DNA from: Clostridium sp.
Lineage (GTDB): Bacteria > Bacillota > Clostridia > Clostridiales > Clostridiaceae
Length of the DNA: 64,000 bases
Direction: 5' to 3'
Assembly: GCF_022482905.1 (NCBI RefSeq)
Contig: NZ_JAKVOI010000001.1
Span: 929,958-993,957 of the forward strand
Below, one piece after another: positions 43,655-53,448 of the stretch. Position 1 is the first letter of the stretch. The number at the start of each line of letters is the position of its first letter. The position numbers and the translations under genes are program-made. The notes below the pieces were generated by a model, which saw nothing but the letters and a program-made list of their open reading frames with translations, was not told the origin of the DNA and did not search any database.

Positions 43655-43683
43655 AGTATATAGAATTATTTATCTATTGTCAA
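43655..43683 (-). promoter_or_regulatory. sigma-A-type promoter TTGACA-17-TATACT for the nitrogenase-like operon
   Basis: On the minus strand, TTGACA is at 43683-43678 and TATACT at 43660-43655, with a 17-nt spacer. Confidence 0.4.
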
Positions 43684-43842
43684 TAATTTTGAATTTAGAT
43701 TATATCATATTTAATACAATTTTTATATTGTTAATTTTATCTTTATACTATCTTCATTAAAAATCGGTTATAATAAAATACGAAGTAGGTAATCCATTTT
43801 TTACCTATGACCAATCATATGAAGTTATTAGGGGGTTGATGC

Positions 43843-44331
43843 ATGAAAGTTGTTCCTAAACATACAAATACCAGGGACTTTTGTCCTGATGATAGAAAGT
43901 TCAAATACAAAGGAGAAAAAAATATTATATTTTTATTAACTGCTAAGGCATCTGTTGCATTTCTGAATGATCGTTGTACTTTGAGACAGGGACTTGAAAA
44001 AATGAGATGCCATGGATATACGGCACTGCCTGTAATTGCTGAAGACGGAACTTATGTTGGAACGGTGAGTGAAGGAGATTTTTTATGGCATATGATGGAC
44101 AGCAATATGTATTCTATGAAATCACAGGAGGAATATTTGATTTCCGATATACTTCGAAAAGGCTGGAATCCTGCGGTAAAAATTGATGCAACCATGGATG
44201 AGCTTCTCCTGCGCATTATGGACCAGAATTTTGTCCCGGTGATTGATGACCGGGAAAAGTTCATAGGGATTATAACACGAAAAGATGTAATAAAGTATTA
44301 TTATGAATTTGTTGAAAACAAATGTGAATAA
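43843..44331 (+). CDS. CBS-pair domain protein
   Basis: Two CBS motifs (ALPVIAEDGTYVGTVSEGDFL and FVPVIDDREKFIGIITRKDVI). GGGGG RBS. Confidence 0.75.
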   Translation: MKVVPKHTNTRDFCPDDRKFKYKGEKNIIFLLTAKASVAFLNDRCTLRQGLEKMRCHGYTALPVIAEDGTYVGTVSEGDFLWHMMDSNMYSMKSQEEYLISDILRKGWNPAVKIDATMDELLLRIMDQNFVPVIDDREKFIGIITRKDVIKYYYEFVENKCE

Positions 44332-44345
44332 AAATAGACAATATT

Positions 44346-44396
44346 AAAGAGGACAAATAAAACTTCATGGTTAAAGTTTTATTTGTCCTCTTTTTA
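44346..44396 (+). terminator. intrinsic terminator after the CBS gene
   Basis: AAAGAGGACAAATAAAACT - loop - AGTTTTATTTGTCCTCTTT followed by TT. Confidence 0.8.
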
Positions 44397-44466
44397 TGAT
44401 TTTATGTAATTAAATTTAACAGTTTAGTTAATTCTAATAAAAGTGTAAGTATAAGATTGAGTATGA

Positions 44467-44531
44467 GTCTTTATAGAATCTTTATATTTTTTTTATGGAA
44501 TTATTATACAAGAGATTGTAATCTTTATACT
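44467..44531 (+). promoter_or_regulatory. KdpE-type operator: TCTTTATAGAA-TCTTTATATTT direct repeat plus a third ATCTTTATAC copy upstream of kdp
   Basis: GTCTTTATAGA at 44467-44477 and ATCTTTATATT at 44478-44488 give TTTATA-N5-TTTATA. A third copy, ATCTTTATACT, is at 44521-44531. A TAATAT -10-like hexamer lies downstream. Confidence 0.55.
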
Positions 44532-44586
44532 GATTTTATGTTTTAGATGATAATATTGTATTCATAAATTGAAGGAGGGATGGAAT

Positions 44587-44682
44587 GTGCTGGATATTTT
44601 ATTTATTGCTGTGATTTTGGCAGGATTTTTATCATTGAAGTATTTCACAAGCTGGTGTGAAAAGCAGATCAGCAAAAAATAA
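44587..44682 (+). CDS. 31-codon hydrophobic small ORF upstream of kdpF (kdpZ-like?)
   Basis: GAAGGAGGGA lies 6-8 nt upstream. A GTG start gives MLDILFIAVILAGFLSLKYFTSWCEKQISKK, with one TM helix. An overlapping ATG frame at 44585 stops after 9 codons. Confidence 0.4.
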   Translation: MLDILFIAVILAGFLSLKYFTSWCEKQISKK

Positions 44683-44700
44683 TTGTTAGGAGGCTTTTTT

Positions 44701-44778
44701 ATGATTTTATTGGGCATTGTTATTATTTTATTGTTTGGATATTTGTGTTATGCATTATTCAATCCTGAAAAATTTTGA
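44701..44778 (+). CDS. kdpF: K+-transporting ATPase subunit F
   Basis: 25 aa, MILLGIVIILLFGYLCYALFNPEKF. The G-Y-L-x-Y-A-L-x-x-P-E-x-F ending is typical of KdpF. AGGAGG RBS. Not present in the ORF track because it is too short. Confidence 0.75.
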   Translation: MILLGIVIILLFGYLCYALFNPEKF

Positions 44779-44800
44779 TTAAAGGAGGTTGTCGGTAATT

Positions 44801-46474
44801 ATGGGAATACTGGAAATTGTAATTATACTTGCTATTTTTGTATTGTTGTGTATTCCAGCAGGGAAATACGTCTATAAAGTAGCGGAACACAAGAAAACTT
44901 TTTTGGACCCTGTGTTTGATAAGGTAGATAATTTTATTTACAGGGTTTCAGGAATAACAAAGGAGGATATGACCTGGAAGCAGTATATAACTGCCCTTTT
45001 GATTTGTAATGTGGTTCCGGCTGTGATAGCCTATATAATTCTAAGGCTGCAGTTTGTTAATGTATTGAATCCAAATAATATAGAGAGTATGGAACAGGGA
45101 CTATCCTTCAACACTGTAATAAGCTTTATAACAAACACAAATCTTCAGGACTACAGTGGTGAATGGGGACTTTCCTATTTCAGCCAGATGATTGTTATTA
45201 CCTTTTTTATGTTTATCTCTGCAGCTACAGGGTTTTCTGCAGCGATAGCATTTATACGCGGGCTTGCAGGAAAGAAAAAGACACTTGGAAATTTTTATGT
45301 GGATTATGTGAGAATTATAACAAGAATACTTCTCCCATTATGTGTTATAGTAGCTATATTCTATATTCAGCAGGGAGTTCCTCAGACATTGTCATCTAAT
45401 AAAACTGTGACTACTATAGAGGGCAAACTGCAGGATATTCCACTGGGACCTGTAGCCAGCCTGGAATCCATAAAATTGATTGGAACCAATGGAGGAGGAT
45501 TTTTTGGAGGCAATTCGGCTCATCCTTTCGAGAATCCAACACCTCTTACCAATATTGTGCAGATGCTTTCAATGCTGCTTTTGCCTGGAGCAATTGTGGT
45601 ATGTTTTGGACACATGATCAAGAGAAAAAAACAGGCTGTTGCTATATTTACAGCCATGGGAATACTGTTTATTATTGGTATAGCAGTTTGCTATGCATCT
45701 GAAAAAGCAGGCAATCCAATTCTTTCACAGATTGGACTCAATCAAATTATGGGAAATATGGAAGGCAAGGAGGTAAGATTCGGTATACCAATGTCGTCAC
45801 TTTTTACTACAGTTACCACGGCGGCTACAAGTGGAGCTGTAGACAACATGCATGACTCCCTTACACCAATAGGTGGATTGGTAGCACTTGTAAACATGAT
45901 GTTGAATGTAGTGTTTGGGGGAAAAGGTGTTGGCTTCATGAATATGATAATGTATGCCATACTCACTGTTTTCCTATGCGGGCTCATGGTAGGAAGGACA
46001 CCGGAATATCTGTCCAAGAAGATTGAAGGCAGGGAGATTAAATTGATTGCACTTGCCATAATCATACATCCATTTTTGATACTCATGTTTTCAGCACTTG
46101 CACTGATAGTTCCCCAGGGGGTTGCGGGTATATCAAACCCCGGCTTTCACGGACTTACTCAGATAGTATACCAGTTTGCAAGCTCTGCGGCAAATAATGG
46201 TTCCGGATTTGAGGGGCTTACGGATAATACAATGTTCTGGAACACCACGGCAGGTGTAGTAATGCTGTTTGGAAGATATCTTTCAATGATAATTTTGCTT
46301 TCAGTAGCAGCATCATTGGCTTCAAAGAGAGCGGTTCCTGTGAGTGAAGGAACATTTAAAACAGATAATACAGTATTTACTTTCACATTGATATTTATTG
46401 TTTTGATAATTGGCGCCCTTACATTTTTTCCTGCATTGTCTCTGGGACCTATTGCAGAACAACTTATATTGTAA
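44801..46474 (+). CDS. kdpA: K+-transporting ATPase subunit A
   Basis: About 557 aa, polytopic. KdpA blocks: [43 protein letters not shown]. Confidence 0.95.
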   Translation: MGILEIVIILAIFVLLCIPAGKYVYKVAEHKKTFLDPVFDKVDNFIYRVSGITKEDMTWKQYITALLICNVVPAVIAYIILRLQFVNVLNPNNIESMEQGLSFNTVISFITNTNLQDYSGEWGLSYFSQMIVITFFMFISAATGFSAAIAFIRGLAGKKKTLGNFYVDYVRIITRILLPLCVIVAIFYIQQGVPQTLSSNKTVTTIEGKLQDIPLGPVASLESIKLIGTNGGGFFGGNSAHPFENPTPLTNIVQMLSMLLLPGAIVVCFGHMIKRKKQAVAIFTAMGILFIIGIAVCYASEKAGNPILSQIGLNQIMGNMEGKEVRFGIPMSSLFTTVTTAATSGAVDNMHDSLTPIGGLVALVNMMLNVVFGGKGVGFMNMIMYAILTVFLCGLMVGRTPEYLSKKIEGREIKLIALAIIIHPFLILMFSALALIVPQGVAGISNPGFHGLTQIVYQFASSAANNGSGFEGLTDNTMFWNTTAGVVMLFGRYLSMIILLSVAASLASKRAVPVSEGTFKTDNTVFTFTLIFIVLIIGALTFFPALSLGPIAEQLIL

Positions 46475-46497
46475 ATGTCAAAAGGAGTGACGTTATT

Positions 46498-48555
46498 ATG
46501 AAAAATGATAGATCCAGGCTTATTACAAAAGATATATTGAAAGATGCCATTGTTGAGTCTTTTAAAAAGCTGAACCCCAGGTATATGTTTAAAAATCCGG
46601 TCATGTTTGTAGTGGAGATTGGCTTCTTTATATCCCTGATAAGTACCATTTTTCCAAATATATTTGGTGACAGGGGAAGCAATCTGAGAACTTATGACTT
46701 CATAGTGTCTGTAATTTTATTTATAACCATTTTGTTTGCGAATTTTGCTGAAGCAATAGCTGAAGGGAGAGGAAGAGCACAGGCGGAAACCTTGAAAAAA
46801 ACCCGAAAGGATACCAAGGCAAAGCTTTTGGACTCTAATGGAAATGTAAAAGTGATAAGTGCAGGAGAACTTAAAAAAGATGATATTGTTCTAGTGGAAA
46901 ACGGGGATATAATTCCAAACGACGGTGAAGTTGTAGAAGGCATAGCTTCTGTTGATGAGTCTGCAATCACAGGTGAGTCGGCTCCTGTTGTAAAAGAATC
47001 CGGAGGAGATTTTGCCTCGGTAACAGGAGGTACTAAAGTTGTAAGTGACTGGTTGAAAATAAGGATAACCGCAGTTCCGGGAAAATCCTTTCTGGATAAA
47101 ATGATAAGTCTTGTTGAAGGAGCTTCAAGGCAGAAAACCCCGAATGAAATTGCACTTAATACTGTGCTTGTAAGTCTTACACTTATTTTTCTCATAGTGC
47201 TTGTGGCTCTTTATCCAATGGCTTCTTATACAGGAGTCAGTATCTCAATATCCACACTTGTGGCACTGCTTGTTTGTCTTATACCTACCACAATAGGAGC
47301 ACTTTTGTCTGCTATTGGAATAGCAGGCATGGACAGAGTTACAAGATTCAATGTAATAGCAATGTCCGGGAAAGCAGTTGAATCCTGCGGTGATGTGGAT
47401 ACAATGATACTTGACAAGACAGGAACTATAACTTTTGGAAACAGGCTGGCCGCTGAATTTATTCCTGTTGAAGGTGCAGATAAGAGAGAGCTTATAGATT
47501 ATTCTGTCATATGTTCTCTTAAAGATGATACGCCTGAGGGAAAATCCACAGTGGAGCTTGGTTATAAATTGGGTTCCAAAGTAGAAAAAACTGAATATGA
47601 TGATGTGGATTTCGAGGAATTTACGGCCCAGACCAGAATGAGCGGAGTGGATCTGAAGGAGGGTACTTCCATAAGAAAAGGTGCCTATGATGCTATAGGT
47701 AATAGAGTAAAAAAATTAAAAGGAAATATTCCTGATGACCTTGAGAAAATAGTCAATAAAGTAGCAAGCCTGGGAGGTACACCCCTTGTCCTGTGTGTGA
47801 ATGATAGAATATACGGTGTGATTTACCTAAAGGATACGGTTAAACCGGGGCTTGTTGAGAGATTTCAACGACTGCGTGAAATTGGGATCAAGACAATAAT
47901 GTGTACAGGAGATAATCCACTTACGGCGGCAACAATTGCAAAGGAAGCGGGAGTAGATGGATTTATTGCGGAATGTAAACCGGAGGATAAAATAGTAGAA
48001 ATAAAAAAAGAACAGTCTGAAGGACGACTTGTAGCCATGACAGGAGATGGAACAAATGATGCACCGGCATTGGCTCAGGCTGATGTGGGGCTGGCAATGA
48101 ACAGTGGAACTACTGCTGCAAAGGAAGCTGCAAATATGGTGGATTTGGATTCAGATCCAACAAAAATACTTGAAGTAGTTGAAATAGGGAAACAGCTGTT
48201 GATAACAAGGGGAGCATTGACTACCTTCAGTATTGCCAATGATGTAGCCAAGTATTTTGCCATAATACCTGCCATATTTATGGCTGTCATACCAGAAATG
48301 CAGGTTATAAATGTAATGAGACTGTCAACACCTTATAGTGCCATACTATCAGCCTTGATATTCAATGCAATAATAATACCTATGCTGATACCTATTGCCA
48401 TGAGAGGTGTAAAATACAGGCCAATGAAATCAGAAACAATGCTTTTAAGGAACATGTTTGTTTTCGGACTTGGAGGGATAATTGTACCATTTATAGGAAT
48501 AAAAATTATCGACATGATTATAACTCCTCTGGTCAGAATTCTCAATCTTGGTTAA
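46498..48555 (+). CDS. kdpB: K+-transporting P-type ATPase subunit B
   Basis: P-type motifs [20 protein letters not shown] and [18 protein letters not shown]. Confidence 0.95.
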   Translation: MKNDRSRLITKDILKDAIVESFKKLNPRYMFKNPVMFVVEIGFFISLISTIFPNIFGDRGSNLRTYDFIVSVILFITILFANFAEAIAEGRGRAQAETLKKTRKDTKAKLLDSNGNVKVISAGELKKDDIVLVENGDIIPNDGEVVEGIASVDESAITGESAPVVKESGGDFASVTGGTKVVSDWLKIRITAVPGKSFLDKMISLVEGASRQKTPNEIALNTVLVSLTLIFLIVLVALYPMASYTGVSISISTLVALLVCLIPTTIGALLSAIGIAGMDRVTRFNVIAMSGKAVESCGDVDTMILDKTGTITFGNRLAAEFIPVEGADKRELIDYSVICSLKDDTPEGKSTVELGYKLGSKVEKTEYDDVDFEEFTAQTRMSGVDLKEGTSIRKGAYDAIGNRVKKLKGNIPDDLEKIVNKVASLGGTPLVLCVNDRIYGVIYLKDTVKPGLVERFQRLREIGIKTIMCTGDNPLTAATIAKEAGVDGFIAECKPEDKIVEIKKEQSEGRLVAMTGDGTNDAPALAQADVGLAMNSGTTAAKEAANMVDLDSDPTKILEVVEIGKQLLITRGALTTFSIANDVAKYFAIIPAIFMAVIPEMQVINVMRLSTPYSAILSALIFNAIIIPMLIPIAMRGVKYRPMKSETMLLRNMFVFGLGGIIVPFIGIKIIDMIITPLVRILNLG

Positions 48556-48580
48556 ACATTTATGAAAGGATGGTTTAAAA

Positions 48581-49204
48581 ATGAAGAATTTTCAAAAGGC
48601 CCTTCGGGTAACCATTGTACTGATGATAATTTGTGGGATTATATATCCTCTTTTTATAACGGCAGTAGGCCAGGTTTTTTTCAGTAAACAGGCTAATGGC
48701 AGTATTGTAACTGCAGGTGGCAAAGAGGTAGGCTCCGAACTCCTAGGACAGAATTTCACCGATCCCAGATTTTTTAGAGGAAGGGTTTCATCTGTAAATT
48801 ACAATACTTATACAGAAGAAGATACAAAACCTGATAAAACCGGAAAAGCGGCATATTCAGGTGTATCCTCCGGATCTCAAAACCTTGCACCTTCCAACAA
48901 GGCATTGCAGGACAGAGTTAAAAAGGACATGGAGGATTTCATGAAATCTCATCCTGGAGTCAAAAAAGAAGATATACCTGCAGATCTTCTTACAAGTTCA
49001 GGTTCCGGGCTTGATCCTGATATAAGTCCTCAAGCTGCTGAAATACAGATACCTGCGGTATCAACAGCAACTGGCATAGATAAGAACAGACTGCGACAAA
49101 TAGTCAAAAAATATACAGCAGTTGGTCTGGGTGACCCGAGAGTAAATGTGCTCAGAGTAAATCTTGAAATATACTCGATTTTAAATAAATCCTTAGTGAT
49201 ATAA
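48581..49204 (+). CDS. kdpC: K+-transporting ATPase subunit C
   Basis: 207 aa with an N-terminal [19 protein letters not shown] is characteristic of KdpC. Confidence 0.9.
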   Translation: MKNFQKALRVTIVLMIICGIIYPLFITAVGQVFFSKQANGSIVTAGGKEVGSELLGQNFTDPRFFRGRVSSVNYNTYTEEDTKPDKTGKAAYSGVSSGSQNLAPSNKALQDRVKKDMEDFMKSHPGVKKEDIPADLLTSSGSGLDPDISPQAAEIQIPAVSTATGIDKNRLRQIVKKYTAVGLGDPRVNVLRVNLEIYSILNKSLVI

Positions 49205-49250
49205 TTAAATGTACGGACAATAGGTAATTTTCAGATAGGAGTTGTTTGCA

Positions 49251-51962
49251 ATGAACGGTTATACGGGCCCGAATCCCGAATATCTTTTAAAGGAAGTTCA
49301 AAAAGACAAAAGTGAAAACAACAGGGGAAAATTGAAGATATTTTTTGGCTATGCTGCAGGGGTTGGAAAAACCTATTCAATGTTGAGGGAAGCGCGGGAA
49401 GTAAAGCAGCTCAAAAAAGACGTGGTAATAGGATATATAGAACCTCATGGACGGAAAGAAACCATGGAGCTGACAAGAGGCTTTGAAAGTATAGCTCCCA
49501 GAGTAATACACTACAGAGGCATGATTCTGAATGAACTTGATTTGGATGGAGCAATTTTTAGAAAGCCCGATATAATACTTGTTGATGAGCTGGCGCATAC
49601 CAATGCAAGAGGTAAAAGAAACAGAAAAAGGTGGCAGGATGTATATGAGCTTCTTGATGCTGGAATTGATGTATATACCACGCTTAATGTCCAGCATATT
49701 GAAAGTCTGAATGATATAGTAGAGAGTATAACCCATGTGACTGTCAGGGAAACTATTCCCGACAAGGTATTTGAAGATGCAGATAAAGTGGAAATAATAG
49801 ACATAGAGCCGGATGAACTTTTAAAGCGGTTCAGTGATGGAAAAATATACAGCAGAGAACAGGTAAGGAGGGCCTTTACCAATTTCTTTACAAAAAATAA
49901 TTTGTATGCCTTGAGGGAAATTGCACTGAGAAAGACTGCAGACAGGGTAAATTATGAGGTGGAGGTTGACAGACTTTCCAGAGGACAGATTACTGTAATA
50001 CCAACTTCGGATCAGATAATGGCATGTATAAGTTCTTCTCCATCCTCTGCAAGGGTAATACGTACGGCGGCAAGAATGGCCGAGGTTTATCATTCGAAAT
50101 GGATAGTACTCTATGTAAAAACTACTAAAAATCAGAAAATGGAAAAGGATGATATAAAAAGATTGAACTCCTATTTCAGTTTGACAGAGCAGTTGGGAGG
50201 AGAAATAGCTACCGTATATGGAGACGATGACATATCCAATCAGATAATAGAATATGCGAAATTCAGGAACATAACAAAGATAATAATAGGAAAGAACAAT
50301 AAAAAAACCAGCAGGGTATTTCATTTCTATGCCAAGGATGTGGTTGATAAACTCATGGATTCCAATTCCTATATTGATGTTTATGTCATACCAAATTCAT
50401 TGTATGAGGAAAAAAAGAAAAAAATGCCACGAAAAATAGGCCTTGATTTTAAGTTATCTCCAAAAGAAACTCTGGAGACTGTTGGAATTACATTAGCCAC
50501 TACTTTTCTTGCTCTATTCTGTGAATACATTGGATTTTCCGAATCCAATGTATTCATGATTTTAATTTTGGGTGTTATAATTGTATACATAAGAACCAAA
50601 GGATATTTTATGGGAATAATGTCTTCAATAATAGGAGTAGCACTGTTTAATTATCTCTTTATTGAACCGAAGTATTCCTTTCAATTTTATGACAAAAACT
50701 ATTTGATAACTTTTGCCATCATGCTTATTGTGGCATTTATTATTGGAAAGCTTACCAACAGGATTCAAAAAAATGCCTCTGATTCAGCTGTCAGGGAGAA
50801 GAGAACACAGACCCTTTATAGAATCAGCAGCAAGCTTCTAAGTGCAGTGGGAAATTCTGATGTGGTATCCGTAGGAATAAAGTATATTTCAAGGCTTATT
50901 GGTAGAACTGTTGTATGCTATCTATCGGAAAATGGTAAACTTTCTACTCCTTTTGTATACAATGATGATAATGGAAGATCCAGGTTTTCTTTTTCAGACA
51001 AAAATGAAAATGCAGCGGCCTATTGGAGTTTTTTGAAGGGAAAGGAAGCCGGGGCAGGAACGGATACATTTTATGGAGCACAGGGGTATTATATGCCGAT
51101 AAAAGTCAGCAGAAAGATATTGGGGGTAATAGGAGTGTCCTGCTCTGAGAGATTTCTTGAGCCAGACCAAAAATTCATGCTTGAAACTGTTGCAAGCCAG
51201 ATAGCCATTGCACTTGACAGGGAAGCGCTTGTAAGTCAGCAGGAAGCTTCAAAAGTGGCTATTGACAGGGAAAGACTGAGAAGCAGTTTGCTGAGGTCTA
51301 TTTCCCATGATTTGAGAAGCCCGCTGGCAGGAATTAAAGGTACTATAAGTACGATTCTGGAGGATGGAAGCTCAATACCAGAGGAAGCCAAGCAGACTCT
51401 TTTAAGGGGTGTTTATGATGATACTGAATGGCTTATAAGGCTTGTGGAAAATCTGTTAAGCATGACTAAATTTGATGATGGCAGTGTGAAAATCGATAAA
51501 AATATGGAACTGGTGGAGGAAGTACTGGCGGAAGCAACACAGAGAAGTTCCAAGTACTTCAAGGATCATGAAATAAAAATAAGTGTTCCGGAAAAGATGA
51601 TAATGGCTCCTATGGACGGTAATCTGATTGAGCAGGTGCTCATAAACTTGATAGACAATGCTGCAAAATTTTCTCCAAAAGGAACTCTTATAGAGGTTAA
51701 AGCTTATGAAAAGAATAATGATGTATTCTTTGAAGTTATTGACAATGGCACAGGTATAGATGATAAAATACTGCCACACATATTCGACAGGTTCTTTACA
51801 GACGGAAGTAAAATATCCGATTCCAGAAGAGGGGTTGGTTTGGGCCTTGCAATATGTAAATCCATTGTGGAAATCCACGGTGGAAAAATAATGGCCTTTA
51901 ATAAAAAAAATGGCGGTTCTATTTTTAGATTTAATATTCCCGGCAGGAAAATAATAGACTAA
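49251..51962 (+). CDS. kdpD: sensor histidine kinase KdpD (full length: KdpD N-terminal + Usp-like + 4 TM + GAF-like + HisKA/HATPase)
   Basis: GKLKIFFGYAAGVGKTYSML is the Walker-like KdpD N-terminal domain. H-box SHDLRSPLAGI. G-boxes DNGTGI and GVGLGLAICKSIV. The ATG at 49251 follows AGGAG. Confidence 0.9.
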   Translation: MNGYTGPNPEYLLKEVQKDKSENNRGKLKIFFGYAAGVGKTYSMLREAREVKQLKKDVVIGYIEPHGRKETMELTRGFESIAPRVIHYRGMILNELDLDGAIFRKPDIILVDELAHTNARGKRNRKRWQDVYELLDAGIDVYTTLNVQHIESLNDIVESITHVTVRETIPDKVFEDADKVEIIDIEPDELLKRFSDGKIYSREQVRRAFTNFFTKNNLYALREIALRKTADRVNYEVEVDRLSRGQITVIPTSDQIMACISSSPSSARVIRTAARMAEVYHSKWIVLYVKTTKNQKMEKDDIKRLNSYFSLTEQLGGEIATVYGDDDISNQIIEYAKFRNITKIIIGKNNKKTSRVFHFYAKDVVDKLMDSNSYIDVYVIPNSLYEEKKKKMPRKIGLDFKLSPKETLETVGITLATTFLALFCEYIGFSESNVFMILILGVIIVYIRTKGYFMGIMSSIIGVALFNYLFIEPKYSFQFYDKNYLITFAIMLIVAFIIGKLTNRIQKNASDSAVREKRTQTLYRISSKLLSAVGNSDVVSVGIKYISRLIGRTVVCYLSENGKLSTPFVYNDDNGRSRFSFSDKNENAAAYWSFLKGKEAGAGTDTFYGAQGYYMPIKVSRKILGVIGVSCSERFLEPDQKFMLETVASQIAIALDREALVSQQEASKVAIDRERLRSSLLRSISHDLRSPLAGIKGTISTILEDGSSIPEEAKQTLLRGVYDDTEWLIRLVENLLSMTKFDDGSVKIDKNMELVEEVLAEATQRSSKYFKDHEIKISVPEKMIMAPMDGNLIEQVLINLIDNAAKFSPKGTLIEVKAYEKNNDVFFEVIDNGTGIDDKILPHIFDRFFTDGSKISDSRRGVGLGLAICKSIVEIHGGKIMAFNKKNGGSIFRFNIPGRKIID

Positions 51963-51980
51963 AGGAAGGTGGAAACAAAA

Positions 51981-52679
51981 GTGAATATCAAACCATATAT
52001 TCTGGTTGTTGAAGATGATAAAATAATAAGAAAATTTATAACTACGGCACTGTCAGCTCAAAATTATAAGTACATTGAAACGGATATGGGCAATGAAGCT
52101 GTGGCACTTTCCATGTCCAACAATCCGGATCTTATAATACTTGATCTCGGCCTTCCGGATATTGATGGAATAGAAGTAATATCTAAAATAAGAGAATGGT
52201 CGAAGGTTCCTATTATAATTGTTTCTGCAAGGGAAAATGAGAGACAAAAGGTTGAGGCACTGGACAAAGGGGCAGATGATTATCTGACAAAACCCTTTGG
52301 AATAGGAGAACTTCTTGCCAGAATACGTGTATCATTGAGACACAGTGGAATCAATAGTGCCCGGGAAAAAAACATGAAAGAGTTTAGCGTTAAGGATCTG
52401 TTTATTGATTTTGAAAAAAGAAAAGTAGTTGTATCGGGGAAAAGTATACATTTAACTCCTATAGAATATAGAATACTTGAACTTTTATGCAGGTATTCAG
52501 GCAAAGTTCTGACACATAATTTTATTATAAATGAAATTTGGGGTTCTGCAGTTGGAAATGAAACACAATCCCTCAGGGTGTTTATGGCAAATTTGAGGCG
52601 AAAGCTGGAGAAAGATCCTACAAGGCCTGAATACATATATACGGAAGTAGGGGTTGGTTATAGACTTGTTGATGAATAG
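51981..52679 (+). CDS. kdpE: OmpR-family response regulator KdpE
   Basis: ILVVEDD...LIILDLGLPDIDG...VSAR in the receiver domain, and LTPIEYRILELL...VGVGYRL in the winged helix. Start is GTG 51981 or GTG 51969. Confidence 0.9.
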   Translation: MNIKPYILVVEDDKIIRKFITTALSAQNYKYIETDMGNEAVALSMSNNPDLIILDLGLPDIDGIEVISKIREWSKVPIIIVSARENERQKVEALDKGADDYLTKPFGIGELLARIRVSLRHSGINSAREKNMKEFSVKDLFIDFEKRKVVVSGKSIHLTPIEYRILELLCRYSGKVLTHNFIINEIWGSAVGNETQSLRVFMANLRRKLEKDPTRPEYIYTEVGVGYRLVDE

Positions 52680-52706
52680 AATTTGGAGGTGTATTTTATT
52701 TTCGCT

Positions 52707-52737
52707 AAACCCCATTAAAAACATTAATTATTTCGTA
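52707..52737 (+). promoter_or_regulatory. possible sigma-I-type promoter (AAACCCC ... CGTA) upstream of sigI
   Basis: AAACCCC at 52707-52713 and CGTA at 52734-52737. This resembles the C-rich -35 / CGWA -10 pattern reported for sigma-I promoters. I did not verify the spacing against a consensus. Confidence 0.3.
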
Positions 52738-52761
52738 TAATAATTAATATGAGGTGATTTC

Positions 52762-53448
52762 ATGCCGGATATTAATCACTTGATTCATAAAAATAGAAAT
52801 GAATTTATTGATGAGAATAGAAATTTTATATACAAATGCACTTATTCTATTTCAAAAAGATATCTCCAGTGGGAAAATGATGATGAACTTAGTATTGCAT
52901 TGATTGCGTTCAACAAGGCATGTGATACTTACACTGAGATCAAGGGAAATTTTTATACATATGCAAAGGTAATAATTAGAAATGCATTAATTGATTATTT
53001 TAGAAAGAATGGAAAATTCCCTCTGCTTTCTTTTGATAATGATGGATATGGCATGGAAAAATTGGAAAATAGCAATGCCATAGCTAATTTTGAACTGCAA
53101 TTGGAAAATAAAAATAGGGCTGAAGAGATTATCGAGTTAAATAAAGAACTTTTAAAATATAAAATTGATTTCAATAGCCTGGTAAATAATAGCCCAAAAC
53201 ACAAGGATACTAGAGGTAATGCTCTAAAGCTTGTTTTAAAAATATATAATGATAGTGAAATCAGGAGTTTCATAGTAAGCAGTCGAAAGCTCCCCATTAA
53301 AAAAATATGTATGTATACCGGATTCAGCAAAAAATTTGTTGATAAGTGGAGAAAATATATTATTGCTTTATTTGTAATATTCAGTAATAAAAATTTTCCT
53401 TACATAAGGTCCTATTTAAATATAAAAGCAGGTGAAAACAATGAATAA
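52762..53448 (+). CDS. sigI: RNA polymerase sigma factor SigI family
   Basis: 228 aa. The region 2-like segment DDELSIALIAFNKACDTY...FYTYAKVIIRNALIDYFRK is typical of SigI. It is followed by, and overlaps, an RsgI_N-type anti-sigma gene. Confidence 0.75.
   Translation: MPDINHLIHKNRNEFIDENRNFIYKCTYSISKRYLQWENDDELSIALIAFNKACDTYTEIKGNFYTYAKVIIRNALIDYFRKNGKFPLLSFDNDGYGMEKLENSNAIANFELQLENKNRAEEIIELNKELLKYKIDFNSLVNNSPKHKDTRGNALKLVLKIYNDSEIRSFIVSSRKLPIKKICMYTGFSKKFVDKWRKYIIALFVIFSNKNFPYIRSYLNIKAGENNE

Noticed and set aside
49205-49250. A kdpX-like small gene between kdpC and kdpD
   Set aside because: The gap is only about 46 nt and contains no ORF.
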